DNA from: an uncultured Candidatus Rokubacteria bacterium
Lineage (GTDB): Bacteria; Methylomirabilota; Methylomirabilia; Rokubacteriales; DASRDR01
Assembly: GCA_963805625.1 (NCBI GenBank)
Contig: CAWDVE010000017.1
Location: 832,001 to 896,000, forward strand
Reading direction: 5' to 3'
Length of the DNA: 64,000 nt
Shown one piece after another: positions 47,032-55,268 of the stretch; within the stretch, counting starts at the first letter, position 1; each line of letters starts with the position of its first letter. The notes beneath the pieces are model-generated. The model did not search any database. It saw only the letters and a list, made by a program, of their open reading frames with translations, and had not been told where the DNA came from. The position numbers were made by a program, and so were the translations under genes.

Positions 47032-47844
47032 TCAGGGCGGTCGGGCTATCCGGTCTACCCGCCGCTGCTCGAGCGCCTGGATCGCTCCCGCCCCGCCGAG
47101 TGCGACCGCCACGATGACCAGAAGGACCGCCAGCGCGCGCTCGGCGTCGAACCGGCTCCCGTAGATCCGAGCCAGGGCACCGAGTCCACTCACGGCGACG
47201 AGCATCTCGCCGGCGATCATGCCCTTCACGGCGCGGACCATGCCGATCCGCAGGCCCGTGAGGATCATCGGCGTCGAGCTCGGCACCAGGACCTTCCAGA
47301 AGAGCTGGCGCTCGCCGGCGCCGAACGCGCGCGCCATCTCAACCAGCGCGGCATCCGCCAGCCGGATCGCCACGGCGGTGGTCGCGGTCACTGGAAAGAA
47401 CGCGTAGAGAAACACGACGGCCACCTGGGTCGGCCTGCCGACGCCCAGGAGGGCGGCGAGGATTGGCACGAAGACGAGATTGGGCGCCGCCAGCATGGCG
47501 CTCACGTAGCCATCCAGGAGGCGGTCGAGAAGGGGATGACGGGCCATCAGGGCGCCGAGTGCCATGCCCAATCCGGCGGCCAGGGCATAGCCGAGCAGCA
47601 AGCTGAGCAGGCTCGGCGCCAGGTTGCCGAGAATCTCTCCGTCGACGGTGAGCTGCCACAGAGCGGTCAGAACGGCTGACAGCGGCGGCAGGAAGGGGAA
47701 CCGGGCGAAGCGCCCACCAACCTCCCACGTCAGGAACAGGGCCCCCAGCGCCATCAAGCGCGGCAAGTAGCTGCGGGTCCGCCGTGGGCCCCAGGCCCGC
47801 TCCGGCAGGAGCGAGCCGCCGACGACGGCCGAGGGCATCGTCAC
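47032..47844 (-). CDS. NitT/TauT family ABC transporter permease
   Basis: FLPP.SAV, P....VP, LVEMARAFGA, ILTGLRIG, AGEM. Confidence 0.9.
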   Translation of the reverse strand: MTMPSAVVGGSLLPERAWGPRRTRSYLPRLMALGALFLTWEVGGRFARFPFLPPLSAVLTALWQLTVDGEILGNLAPSLLSLLLGYALAAGLGMALGALMARHPLLDRLLDGYVSAMLAAPNLVFVPILAALLGVGRPTQVAVVFLYAFFPVTATTAVAIRLADAALVEMARAFGAGERQLFWKVLVPSSTPMILTGLRIGMVRAVKGMIAGEMLVAVSGLGALARIYGSRFDAERALAVLLVIVAVALGGAGAIQALEQRRVDRIARPP

Positions 47845-48602
47845 GCGCGCATCGCCCGGAGCTGCCCCCACAGGTACTCCTTCAGGTCGATGAATGTGGG
47901 ATGCCGCTCCAGGTCGGGCGGCCTGGGTCGCGGCAGCGGGACGTCGATCACCTCTCGGATGCGTCCCGGCCGCGGCGTCAGCAGCACGACGCGATCCCCG
48001 AGGCGCACGGCCTCGTCCATGCTGTGCGTGACGAAGAGCACCGCCTGCGTTCGCTCGGCATGGAGGCGGAGCAGATCCTCTTGGAGCTCGCGTCGCGTCT
48101 GGTCGTCGACGGCGCTGAACGGCTCGTCCATGAGGAGCGTTCGCGGATCGATGGCGAGGGCGCGCGCGAGCCCCACGCGCTGCTGCATCCCACCCGAGAG
48201 CTGCCACGGCAGGTGGCGCTCGAAGCCGGAGAGACCGACGATGCGGATCAGCTCCATCGCAATGCGCTCGCGCTCCTCGCGGGCGACGCCTCGGAGGTCG
48301 AGGCCGAAGGCGACGTTGGTCACGACGTCGACCCACGGCAGCAGCGCGAAGTGCTGGAAGACCATCGCCCGGTCCTGGCCCGGGCCCGTCACGGGCCGGC
48401 CGTCGATGAGAACCTCCCCGGCGCTGCACGATAGCAGGCCCGCAACGATCCTGAGAAGCGTGGTCTTCCCGCAGCCACTCGGGCCGAGCACGCAGACGAC
48501 CTCCCGATCGCCGATCACGAGGTCGACGCCCGCGAGGGCGGCGACCGGCGCCTGTCCGTCTCGGGCAGGGTAGATCTTCTGGCAGTCGCGGAGCTCGATC
48601 AC
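47841..48602 (-). CDS. NitT/TauT family ABC transporter ATP-binding protein
   Basis: GPSGCGKTT, VFQHFALLPW, LSGGMQQRV, LMDEPF, VTHSMDEA, RPGRI. Confidence 0.94.
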   Translation of the reverse strand: MIELRDCQKIYPARDGQAPVAALAGVDLVIGDREVVCVLGPSGCGKTTLLRIVAGLLSCSAGEVLIDGRPVTGPGQDRAMVFQHFALLPWVDVVTNVAFGLDLRGVAREERERIAMELIRIVGLSGFERHLPWQLSGGMQQRVGLARALAIDPRTLLMDEPFSAVDDQTRRELQEDLLRLHAERTQAVLFVTHSMDEAVRLGDRVVLLTPRPGRIREVIDVPLPRPRPPDLERHPTFIDLKEYLWGQLRAMRA

Positions 48603-49426
48603 GCGAACACGAGGTCGGCTCGCCGGAGCGCGAGCCGTCGCTCCACGCGCCGGATGGCCGCCGTCAGCAGGACCGCCTGGGCCACGACGACGAGCACGAC
48701 GGCATAGACGGCCGGCGCGTCGAAGTCCCCCTGGAAACGCTGGATGAGGCGGCCGACGCCGACCGCCACCAGGAGCAGCTCCACTGCGACCATGCCGCTG
48801 ATGGCCCGAGAGAGGCCCAGCCTGAGGCCGACGAGCACCGCGGGAAGCGCGCCGGGCAAGAGGACCCGCCGCCAGAGCTGCACGGGCCGGGCGCCGAAGG
48901 CGCGTGCCATCTCCACGAGCTCCGGGTCGACGCCCCGCGTGCCGGTGGCCGCGTGCACCGCGATGACCGCGACCGCGAACAGGAACACCACGAGCAGGCG
49001 CGTCTCGAGGCCGAGGCCGGTGGCCATGACGAGTAGCGGGATCACTGCCGGCATCGGCGTGAAGAGCAGGATGTCGAGGAAGACGTCCGCGAAGGCGCTG
49101 AGCCCGGGAGCCCGGCCGAGGAGCAGGCCGAGAGGAACGCCCACGACCGCCGCGAGGAGGTAGCCGAGCACGAGCGCCTGGTTGCTCGTCCAGAGCGCGA
49201 GCCAGAGCTCGCCGCTGTGCGCGAGGCGCGCGAGCGCGGCGAGCGTGGCCGACGCGGTCGGCAGCATGAGGCTTCCGAGGCCTCGCCCGAGGCCTTCCCA
49301 GGCGGCAGCGGTCAAGAGCAGCACCCCTGCGCGCATCGTCCATGCCTCAGGCGAGCCGTCGGGTCGGTCGAGCGACCGTGGGAGCTCGTCGGCGGTGTGG
49401 AGAACCGGGGGAGGCGTGGGGTCCAC
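48599..49426 (-). CDS. NitT/TauT family ABC transporter permease
   Basis: P.PA.IP, VDPELVEMARAFGA, LPGALP...GLRLG, VAVELL. Confidence 0.9.
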   Translation of the reverse strand: MDPTPPPVLHTADELPRSLDRPDGSPEAWTMRAGVLLLTAAAWEGLGRGLGSLMLPTASATLAALARLAHSGELWLALWTSNQALVLGYLLAAVVGVPLGLLLGRAPGLSAFADVFLDILLFTPMPAVIPLLVMATGLGLETRLLVVFLFAVAVIAVHAATGTRGVDPELVEMARAFGARPVQLWRRVLLPGALPAVLVGLRLGLSRAISGMVAVELLLVAVGVGRLIQRFQGDFDAPAVYAVVLVVVAQAVLLTAAIRRVERRLALRRADLVFA

Positions 49427-49464
49427 GGCCAGGTGCGCGTCTCGTGCGCGAGGTGTGACCCGGC

Positions 49465-50580
49465 CTAGTGGCGGCCGATCGCGTCCAGCGCCCGCTCGAG
49501 GTAACGGAGGTTCGCCACGTGCTCCGACGTGAGGGTCGTCGGGAGGCTTCCCGATCGGACGAAGAAGGCGAGGCTGTTACGCACGGCCGCGTCGGTCAGG
49601 CGCCCGTTGACATCCCAGGCGTTGGTCCGAAGGTGCGCGGCCATGACTTCGGGCAAGAGGGCTGGATCGATGCGGAGCCGGCTCCGGGCCTCCGCGATGA
49701 GGATGTCCGGATGGTCGACGATCCGCCGGTGGATCAGCAGCAGGGCCTTCAGGTAGTCATGCACGACCCGGGGATTCCGAGCTGCCCAATTCCGGTTCAC
49801 CTGGACACCGGTCGTCACGAGGGAGGGCAGCTCCTCGGCGAAGCTGACGAGTACTCGGAAGCGTCCTGGAGCCTTGGCGACCAGCTGCAGTGACTCCGTC
49901 AGCTCCACCGGCGCGGCGTCGATCCGACCGGCCAGGAGTGCGGCCGCGCGATGCTCCGAACCCGCGATCGTCATGATACGCGGCGCGACGCCCGGGCAGT
50001 GGTCCCGCAGGTACGCGCTCGAGATGGCGGCGCTCACCGAGCCGTCGCCGGTGATGGCGAAGCGCCGCTCGTGGAGATCCGCGCAGCTCCGGATCTCGGT
50101 GGCCGCCACGATGGCCCATCCGTTGCCGACCTGTTCCATGATCGTCGTGACATTCGCGCCCTTGCCGATCGCCGCCCAGTAGGTACGAGTGGAGCCGTTG
50201 CCCACATCCACCTGGCCGCGCGCCAGCGCGTCGGCGGCGAGCTGTGCCTGGGCGAAGAATGTGGGCACCACGTCATACCCCTGCGTCGCGAGGAGGGCAT
50301 GGGCCATCAGAGAGGGCAGATCCCCGAGGTCGAGGGTCGACGAGAACGCGACCCGGATCCGGCGGGAGGGGTCCTCGGCGGACAGGCTCCTCGAACTCGC
50401 CGTCGCCGCGCATGCCACCGCGCAGGCAACCGCCCACGCCCGGACGTGCCTCGAGGTCCATCCGCGTCGCGGGCGTCCCTCCCGGCCCCCGGCGACTGAC
50501 GTCCACGCTCCGACTGTTCGGCAGAGACGCAGCATCGCCGACCGGGAGGCAGCAAACCACGCGTGGCCGGTCTCGGTCAA
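49465..50580 (-). CDS. NitT/TauT (SsuA/NMT1-like) substrate-binding protein (true start probably downstream)
   Basis: ALARGQVDV, I.SCADL...FAI...GS.S, R.AALLAGRIDAA; first gene of the permease-ATPase-permease run. Confidence 0.8.
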   Translation of the reverse strand: MTETGHAWFAASRSAMLRLCRTVGAWTSVAGGREGRPRRGWTSRHVRAWAVACAVACAATASSRSLSAEDPSRRIRVAFSSTLDLGDLPSLMAHALLATQGYDVVPTFFAQAQLAADALARGQVDVGNGSTRTYWAAIGKGANVTTIMEQVGNGWAIVAATEIRSCADLHERRFAITGDGSVSAAISSAYLRDHCPGVAPRIMTIAGSEHRAAALLAGRIDAAPVELTESLQLVAKAPGRFRVLVSFAEELPSLVTTGVQVNRNWAARNPRVVHDYLKALLLIHRRIVDHPDILIAEARSRLRIDPALLPEVMAAHLRTNAWDVNGRLTDAAVRNSLAFFVRSGSLPTTLTSEHVANLRYLERALDAIGRH

Positions 50581-50616
50581 GGCAACGACGCCGGCGCCGG
50601 CCCAGCCAGGGCTACG

Positions 50617-51678
50617 TCAGACGGAGATCCACCCCGTCTGCGTGGCCTTGCGGACGGCGTCGAGGACTCGCTGGACGGCGAGGCCGTCGCGGAACGTCGC
50701 GGCCGGCGCGATGGGCGCGCCATCGAGCGTGGCCCGGACGAGATGGTCCACCAGCCGGACGAACGACAGGCCCCAGAGCGAGACGTACTGCATCCCTGGT
50801 GGTGTGGGGAGCGTTTCCGGCTCGGTGAGCTCCGCCAGCGGGTCGCCGAGGCGTCCGCCCCAGAGCCGGTCCGCCTCGTCGAGGACGAGGGACCCCGCGT
50901 CGCCCCAGACCTCGACACGCGGCCCGACCGTGTGGGTGGCGACGGCGCTGAGGAGCACCGAGCCGATCGCACCGGACCGGAACCGGAGGGAGAACGTCGA
51001 GAACTCGTCCGCGGTCACGCGGCGCCGGCCGGCTCCGTCGGGCAGGGGGCGCTCCGGGACGAACGGCACGGCGGTTCCCGTGACGGAGGCGATCTCCCCG
51101 AGCCAGTAGCGCAGGAGATCAACCTGGTGCGATCCGACCGCGCCGAGGAGGCCACCGCCCTGGGCGTCGTCGTACCACCAGCCCCAGGGCTTCGTCGGAT
51201 CGCGCCGGCTCGCGTTCACGGCCGTGAGGAGGACGTGGCGCGGTACGCCGATGAATCCCTCCTCGATCAGCCGCCGCACCTTCCGGCGGTTCGGGTTGAA
51301 GCGCAGCTCGTGGTCGAGAGCGTGGATGCGCCGCGCCCGCTCTGCGCCCGAGACCATCTCCTCCGCCTCGTGGGCTGACATCGCCATCGGCTTCTCGCAG
51401 AGGACATGCCGGCCCGCGTTGAGGGCGGCCAGCGCCATCGCATGATGGAGGTGCGGCGGCGTCGTGATGCTGACGAGATCGAGGTCCGCCGCGACGAGCT
51501 GGGTCCAGTCGTCGAAGGCGTGCGGCACGCCGAGGGCGTCGGCTGCCTTCCTGGCCTTGCCCGGGGTGCCGCTCCCGACGGCGACGACCTCCGCGCGCGC
51601 ATGCGCCCGGAAGGCGGGAATCTGAACGAGCGAGCCGAAGCCGGTGCCGATCACGCCGACGCGAAGCCGCGAAGCCAT
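50617..51678 (-). CDS. Gfo/Idh/MocA family oxidoreductase
   Basis: VGVIGTG, DLVSITTPP..H, HVLCEKP, GGGLL...GSH.VD. Confidence 0.92.
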   Translation of the reverse strand: MASRLRVGVIGTGFGSLVQIPAFRAHARAEVVAVGSGTPGKARKAADALGVPHAFDDWTQLVAADLDLVSITTPPHLHHAMALAALNAGRHVLCEKPMAMSAHEAEEMVSGAERARRIHALDHELRFNPNRRKVRRLIEEGFIGVPRHVLLTAVNASRRDPTKPWGWWYDDAQGGGLLGAVGSHQVDLLRYWLGEIASVTGTAVPFVPERPLPDGAGRRRVTADEFSTFSLRFRSGAIGSVLLSAVATHTVGPRVEVWGDAGSLVLDEADRLWGGRLGDPLAELTEPETLPTPPGMQYVSLWGLSFVRLVDHLVRATLDGAPIAPAATFRDGLAVQRVLDAVRKATQTGWISV

Positions 51679-51709
51679 CCGAGGGTCCTCCGAGAGTGGC
51701 GGGAGTTGG

Positions 51710-52849
51710 TCAGGTCGTTCGGAGCGCGGCCAAGATCGCCCGGCCGAAGGCATCGACGCGCCAGCGCCGGAGTCCCGGGACGCTCCGCAGGCCGGCGAGA
51801 TCGGTGGGCGGGTCGAGCGCCAGCGCGTCGATCAGGCGCTGGGGCAGCAGGACTCCCGGATCGAGGCCCGATCCCTCGGCCGCTTCGGTCCGCCACTTGC
51901 GGACTGCCTCGGCTCTCTGGCGACTGGCCGTGGTGACGATGGGGCGCGCCGGCCGCGGCACCCGCGGCGGCTCCGGCGGCGGCTCCGCGAGCCCCTGTGC
52001 CACGGCAGCCAGGAGGCTCTCCCCGTATCGATCGACGAGCCGCGGGCTCAGGCCCGGCATCCCCACGAGCGCGGCCGGTTCGGCGGGCTGACGCTCAGCA
52101 AGGGCGATCAGCGTTTCCGGGCTCAGGACCTTGAAGGGCGGCCGGTGCTCCGCCCGCGCCCACGCCTCGCGCTGGAGATAGAGGGCGCGAAGGATACCCA
52201 GGCCGCGCGGCGGGAGTCGCGAGGCGCCCCGGATCCGCCGGTATCCATCCTCGTCGGAGGGCCGCTCGGGAACCGGGAGGGCGGCCAGCGCTTCACATTC
52301 CTCCTCCAGCCAGCCCTCGCGGCCGATGGCACGCAGCTCGGCGAGGAGGCGGTCCTGGAGCACGATGAGGTGGCGGACGTCCTCGGCGGCGTAGTGCTCC
52401 TGCGTGGGCGTCAGCGGGCGGCGGGCCCAGTCCGTTTTCTGCTGGGACCGGACCGGCTGGACGTCTAGGTACTTCAGGAGCAGCCGCTCGAGGCCGAGCT
52501 CCCGCACGCCCAGGAAGCGGGCAGCCAGCATGGTGTCGGACAGGCGGGCGAAGGCGAGGCCGAACCGGCGCTTCAGGTACACCACGTCGTTGTCCCCGCT
52601 GTGGACCACCTTCACCGTGGCCGGGTCGGCGAAGAGCCGCCGCAGCGGCTCCAGGTCGACAAGGACGAGGGTGTCTAGGAAGAACACGCGGCCCTCGGGG
52701 TCCGCGAGCTGGATCAGGCAGAGCCGCTCGGGGTAGTGGTGGAGGCTGTCGGCCTCGGTGTCGACGGCCACCGCGGGGACGCCCTGGAGCTCCCGGGCGA
52801 GCGCAGCGGCTTCGTCAGCGGTCCGGATCCAAACGGGGGCGGGCCACAC
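51710..52849 (-). CDS. rnd: Ribonuclease D (DEDD exonuclease with HRDC domains)
   Basis: AVDTEADSLHHY...LCLIQ, KVVH...D, DT.LAA, DW..RPL, YAAED, RE..AR...RPPFKV. Confidence 0.88.
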   Translation of the reverse strand: MWPAPVWIRTADEAAALARELQGVPAVAVDTEADSLHHYPERLCLIQLADPEGRVFFLDTLVLVDLEPLRRLFADPATVKVVHSGDNDVVYLKRRFGLAFARLSDTMLAARFLGVRELGLERLLLKYLDVQPVRSQQKTDWARRPLTPTQEHYAAEDVRHLIVLQDRLLAELRAIGREGWLEEECEALAALPVPERPSDEDGYRRIRGASRLPPRGLGILRALYLQREAWARAEHRPPFKVLSPETLIALAERQPAEPAALVGMPGLSPRLVDRYGESLLAAVAQGLAEPPPEPPRVPRPARPIVTTASRQRAEAVRKWRTEAAEGSGLDPGVLLPQRLIDALALDPPTDLAGLRSVPGLRRWRVDAFGRAILAALRTT

Positions 52850-53089
52850 GCGCTCTAGGATACCAGGGGGGAGGCCCCGTCTGGACCGCCCCGAAGGCTG
52901 GCGCGGGAGAGGGCCTGGACCCGTCGGTCACCGGTGAAAAGAGAACGGGGACATTTCGATTTCCACGACGCCTACTTCTGGGCCACCCAGACCGGCGCTG
53001 GCTCCGCTCGTAGACCCAGCCGCCGCCCCGAAGGTCCTCACGCGAGGCGCATGGACGCGACCCGCGGGGCCGGGGGCGGTGGTCCGGGC

Positions 53090-54052
53090 TCAGTCCTCCT
53101 CGGTCCAGCGCTCCAGGAGCCGCGCGCCCAGCGAGCGGTGGCCCAGAAAGAAGTACGTGATCATGGCCACCGACGCGAGGAGGTTTCCGATCGCCACGTT
53201 CCACCAGGGGAGCTCGCCCGCGAGCAGGGCGTCGAGCGCCTGGAGGAACCCGAAGAAGAAGACCTGGAAGCAGAGAAAGATGGTGAAGAGGCCGAGCAGG
53301 ATCCGCGGCTCGCGCTCGGCGGCGAGGAGGAACGCGGCGACGGCGATCCCGAAGAAGCCGAAGACGGCGAAGTGGAAGATGGTGTACCCGACGACGACGT
53401 CCAGGCGGGGGATCAGGAGCTCGGGATCGCGGAGCCCCTGGAGGACCGCGGCGCCGAGGAGCGCGGGCGTGTGGAGCGGCCGGAGACGGATGGAGTCGTA
53501 GAGCAGGAACCACACCGCGACGACCGAGCCTCCAAGGCATCCGGCCATCATTCCCTCGCGGACGACGTCGACCCAGCGGCCGATCAGGCTCCGCGCGAGA
53601 CCCGGGTGGCACCGGTGGAAGTAGTAGAGCATCGCCACCGAGGCCACCAGGTTTCCTGCCAGGATCTCCCACCACGCGAGCACTCCCAGCACCGGCAGGG
53701 CCCAGAATGCGATCAGCGCGAGGAAGAAGACCTCGAAGGCCGCGAAGAAGATGAGGAGCGCCAGAACCATCGCGGGCTCGTGCTCGGCACTCGCCACCAG
53801 GAACGCCGCGATGAGCCCCACGGCGATGAACCCGAGCCCGTGGAGGATCGTGTAGCCGAGGATCGGGCCGGCGGACACGGTGACGAGGTTGGGGTCGCGA
53901 ATGCCCTTCAGGATGGCCGAGCCCAGGATCGCCGGGCTCTGGAGCGGCGCGCCGCTCGCGATGTCGAAGACCAGGATGAGGAGGGCCACCGCCGCGGCGC
54001 CGATCAGCCCGGCCATGATCCCTTCGCGGACGATCCGGCCCTCAGCCGCCAT
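53090..54052 (-). CDS. Hypothetical polytopic membrane protein with an internal tandem duplication, last gene of the cta operon
   Basis: Two ~150-aa repeats: REG..AG..G...V, P...PA.LG, GYTI.H, W..I..GNL.ASVAM..Y(F)...H. Start overlaps the ctaG end. Confidence 0.75.
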   Translation of the reverse strand: MAAEGRIVREGIMAGLIGAAAVALLILVFDIASGAPLQSPAILGSAILKGIRDPNLVTVSAGPILGYTILHGLGFIAVGLIAAFLVASAEHEPAMVLALLIFFAAFEVFFLALIAFWALPVLGVLAWWEILAGNLVASVAMLYYFHRCHPGLARSLIGRWVDVVREGMMAGCLGGSVVAVWFLLYDSIRLRPLHTPALLGAAVLQGLRDPELLIPRLDVVVGYTIFHFAVFGFFGIAVAAFLLAAEREPRILLGLFTIFLCFQVFFFGFLQALDALLAGELPWWNVAIGNLLASVAMITYFFLGHRSLGARLLERWTEED

Positions 54053-54860
54053 GCGCCGTCGCCTCCGCCCCGACGAGGGGCGCCTCGCCGTCATCGCGGG
54101 TCTCGGGCCCCGCCCACCGGAAGAACACCACGGTGCCCACGACCAGGTAGCCGAACATCCCGCCCACCCACATCAGGATTCCCGCCAGCTCCTGATCCGT
54201 CCGGGGCGCGAGCGGCCAGGAATGGCCGGCCGCGGCGTAGTGAGAGTAGAGCACGTCGTCGGCCAGCGTGATGGGGGCGGCGATCGCCATCATGGGAATC
54301 GTCGCGAGGAAGAGATAGAGGAGCTGGGCGGGCGGGCTCGGCCGGGGCCATTCGAGCGTCGGTCCCGCGACCGGCCACCAGAGGAGGAGCCCGGTGGCCA
54401 GGAACGTGACGTGCTCCAGGGCGTGGAACCGATCGACGCGGAGGGCGGCGTCGAACGCGGCCGGGACGTGCCAGGCGACCTGGACCGCAGAGGCGAGCGC
54501 GAGCGCCGGGAGCGGCCGGGTGAGCCACCAGCCGAGCCGCCCGACGACAGGGGCCCGCGCGATCGGCGCCAGGAGCCAGGGCGGCAGGCCCAGGAGCCAC
54601 AAGAGGGGCACGACCAGGATCAGCAGGAGATGCTGGACCATGTGCGCCGAGAGCGCCACGTGCTCGGCCCACTCGGCGAGGGGCCCGAGTACGGCGGCCG
54701 CCAGGATCGCCGTGCCGGCGACGAACGCCGTGACGCGCCCGCGAGCGGGCGGCGGCCCCCAGCCGAAGCGGCGCCGCAGCACGCCGATGGCGAGGAAGTA
54801 GGCGACCAGGAGCGCTTCCAGGCCGAGGGCGACCTCCGGGTGCCAGTGGAAGCCGGACAT
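54042..54860 (-). CDS. ctaG: caa3-type cytochrome c oxidase assembly factor
   Basis: HMVQHLLL, WH.P..FD.A, H..EH..F...G.L.WWP, DQ.LAG..MW. Confidence 0.9.
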   Translation of the reverse strand: MSGFHWHPEVALGLEALLVAYFLAIGVLRRRFGWGPPPARGRVTAFVAGTAILAAAVLGPLAEWAEHVALSAHMVQHLLLILVVPLLWLLGLPPWLLAPIARAPVVGRLGWWLTRPLPALALASAVQVAWHVPAAFDAALRVDRFHALEHVTFLATGLLLWWPVAGPTLEWPRPSPPAQLLYLFLATIPMMAIAAPITLADDVLYSHYAAAGHSWPLAPRTDQELAGILMWVGGMFGYLVVGTVVFFRWAGPETRDDGEAPLVGAEATAHGG

Positions 54861-54865
54861 CCGCG

Positions 54866-55237
54866 TCACCCCGCGCCCGCCGGAGGCCCGCCCGTGGTGC
54901 CGATGTGGCCGAAGAGCCACAGGAGCGCGACGGCGAGGCTGACGGCGATGAGGAGGGGACCGATGAACACGTACGAGAACCAGGCGTGGTCGAACCTGAG
55001 GTGCATGTAGAACATGGCGACCAGCGCGAACTTGAGCGTCGAGAGGATCAGCAGGATCGGGACCAGGACCCGGGCGAGGGCCGGGACGTAGAAGATCGAG
55101 ACCTCCATGACGGTGATCGCCAGCAGGAACGCCGCCACGACGAGGTAGGTGCGCGGACCCGCACCCGTGTGAACCGCGCCGTGACCTGCTCCGGTCTCCG
55201 CATGGTGACCCTGAGTGCTGGAGGGTTGTCCGCTCAC
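54866..55237 (-). CDS. ctaF: Cytochrome c oxidase subunit IV
   Basis: Y..VA..L..IT..EV, KFALV..FYMHLRFD; three TM segments. Confidence 0.88.
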   Translation of the reverse strand: MSGQPSSTQGHHAETGAGHGAVHTGAGPRTYLVVAAFLLAITVMEVSIFYVPALARVLVPILLILSTLKFALVAMFYMHLRFDHAWFSYVFIGPLLIAVSLAVALLWLFGHIGTTGGPPAGAG

Positions 55238-55268
55238 GCCTCTCGCCTCCCTCGGCGTCGCCCCGATC

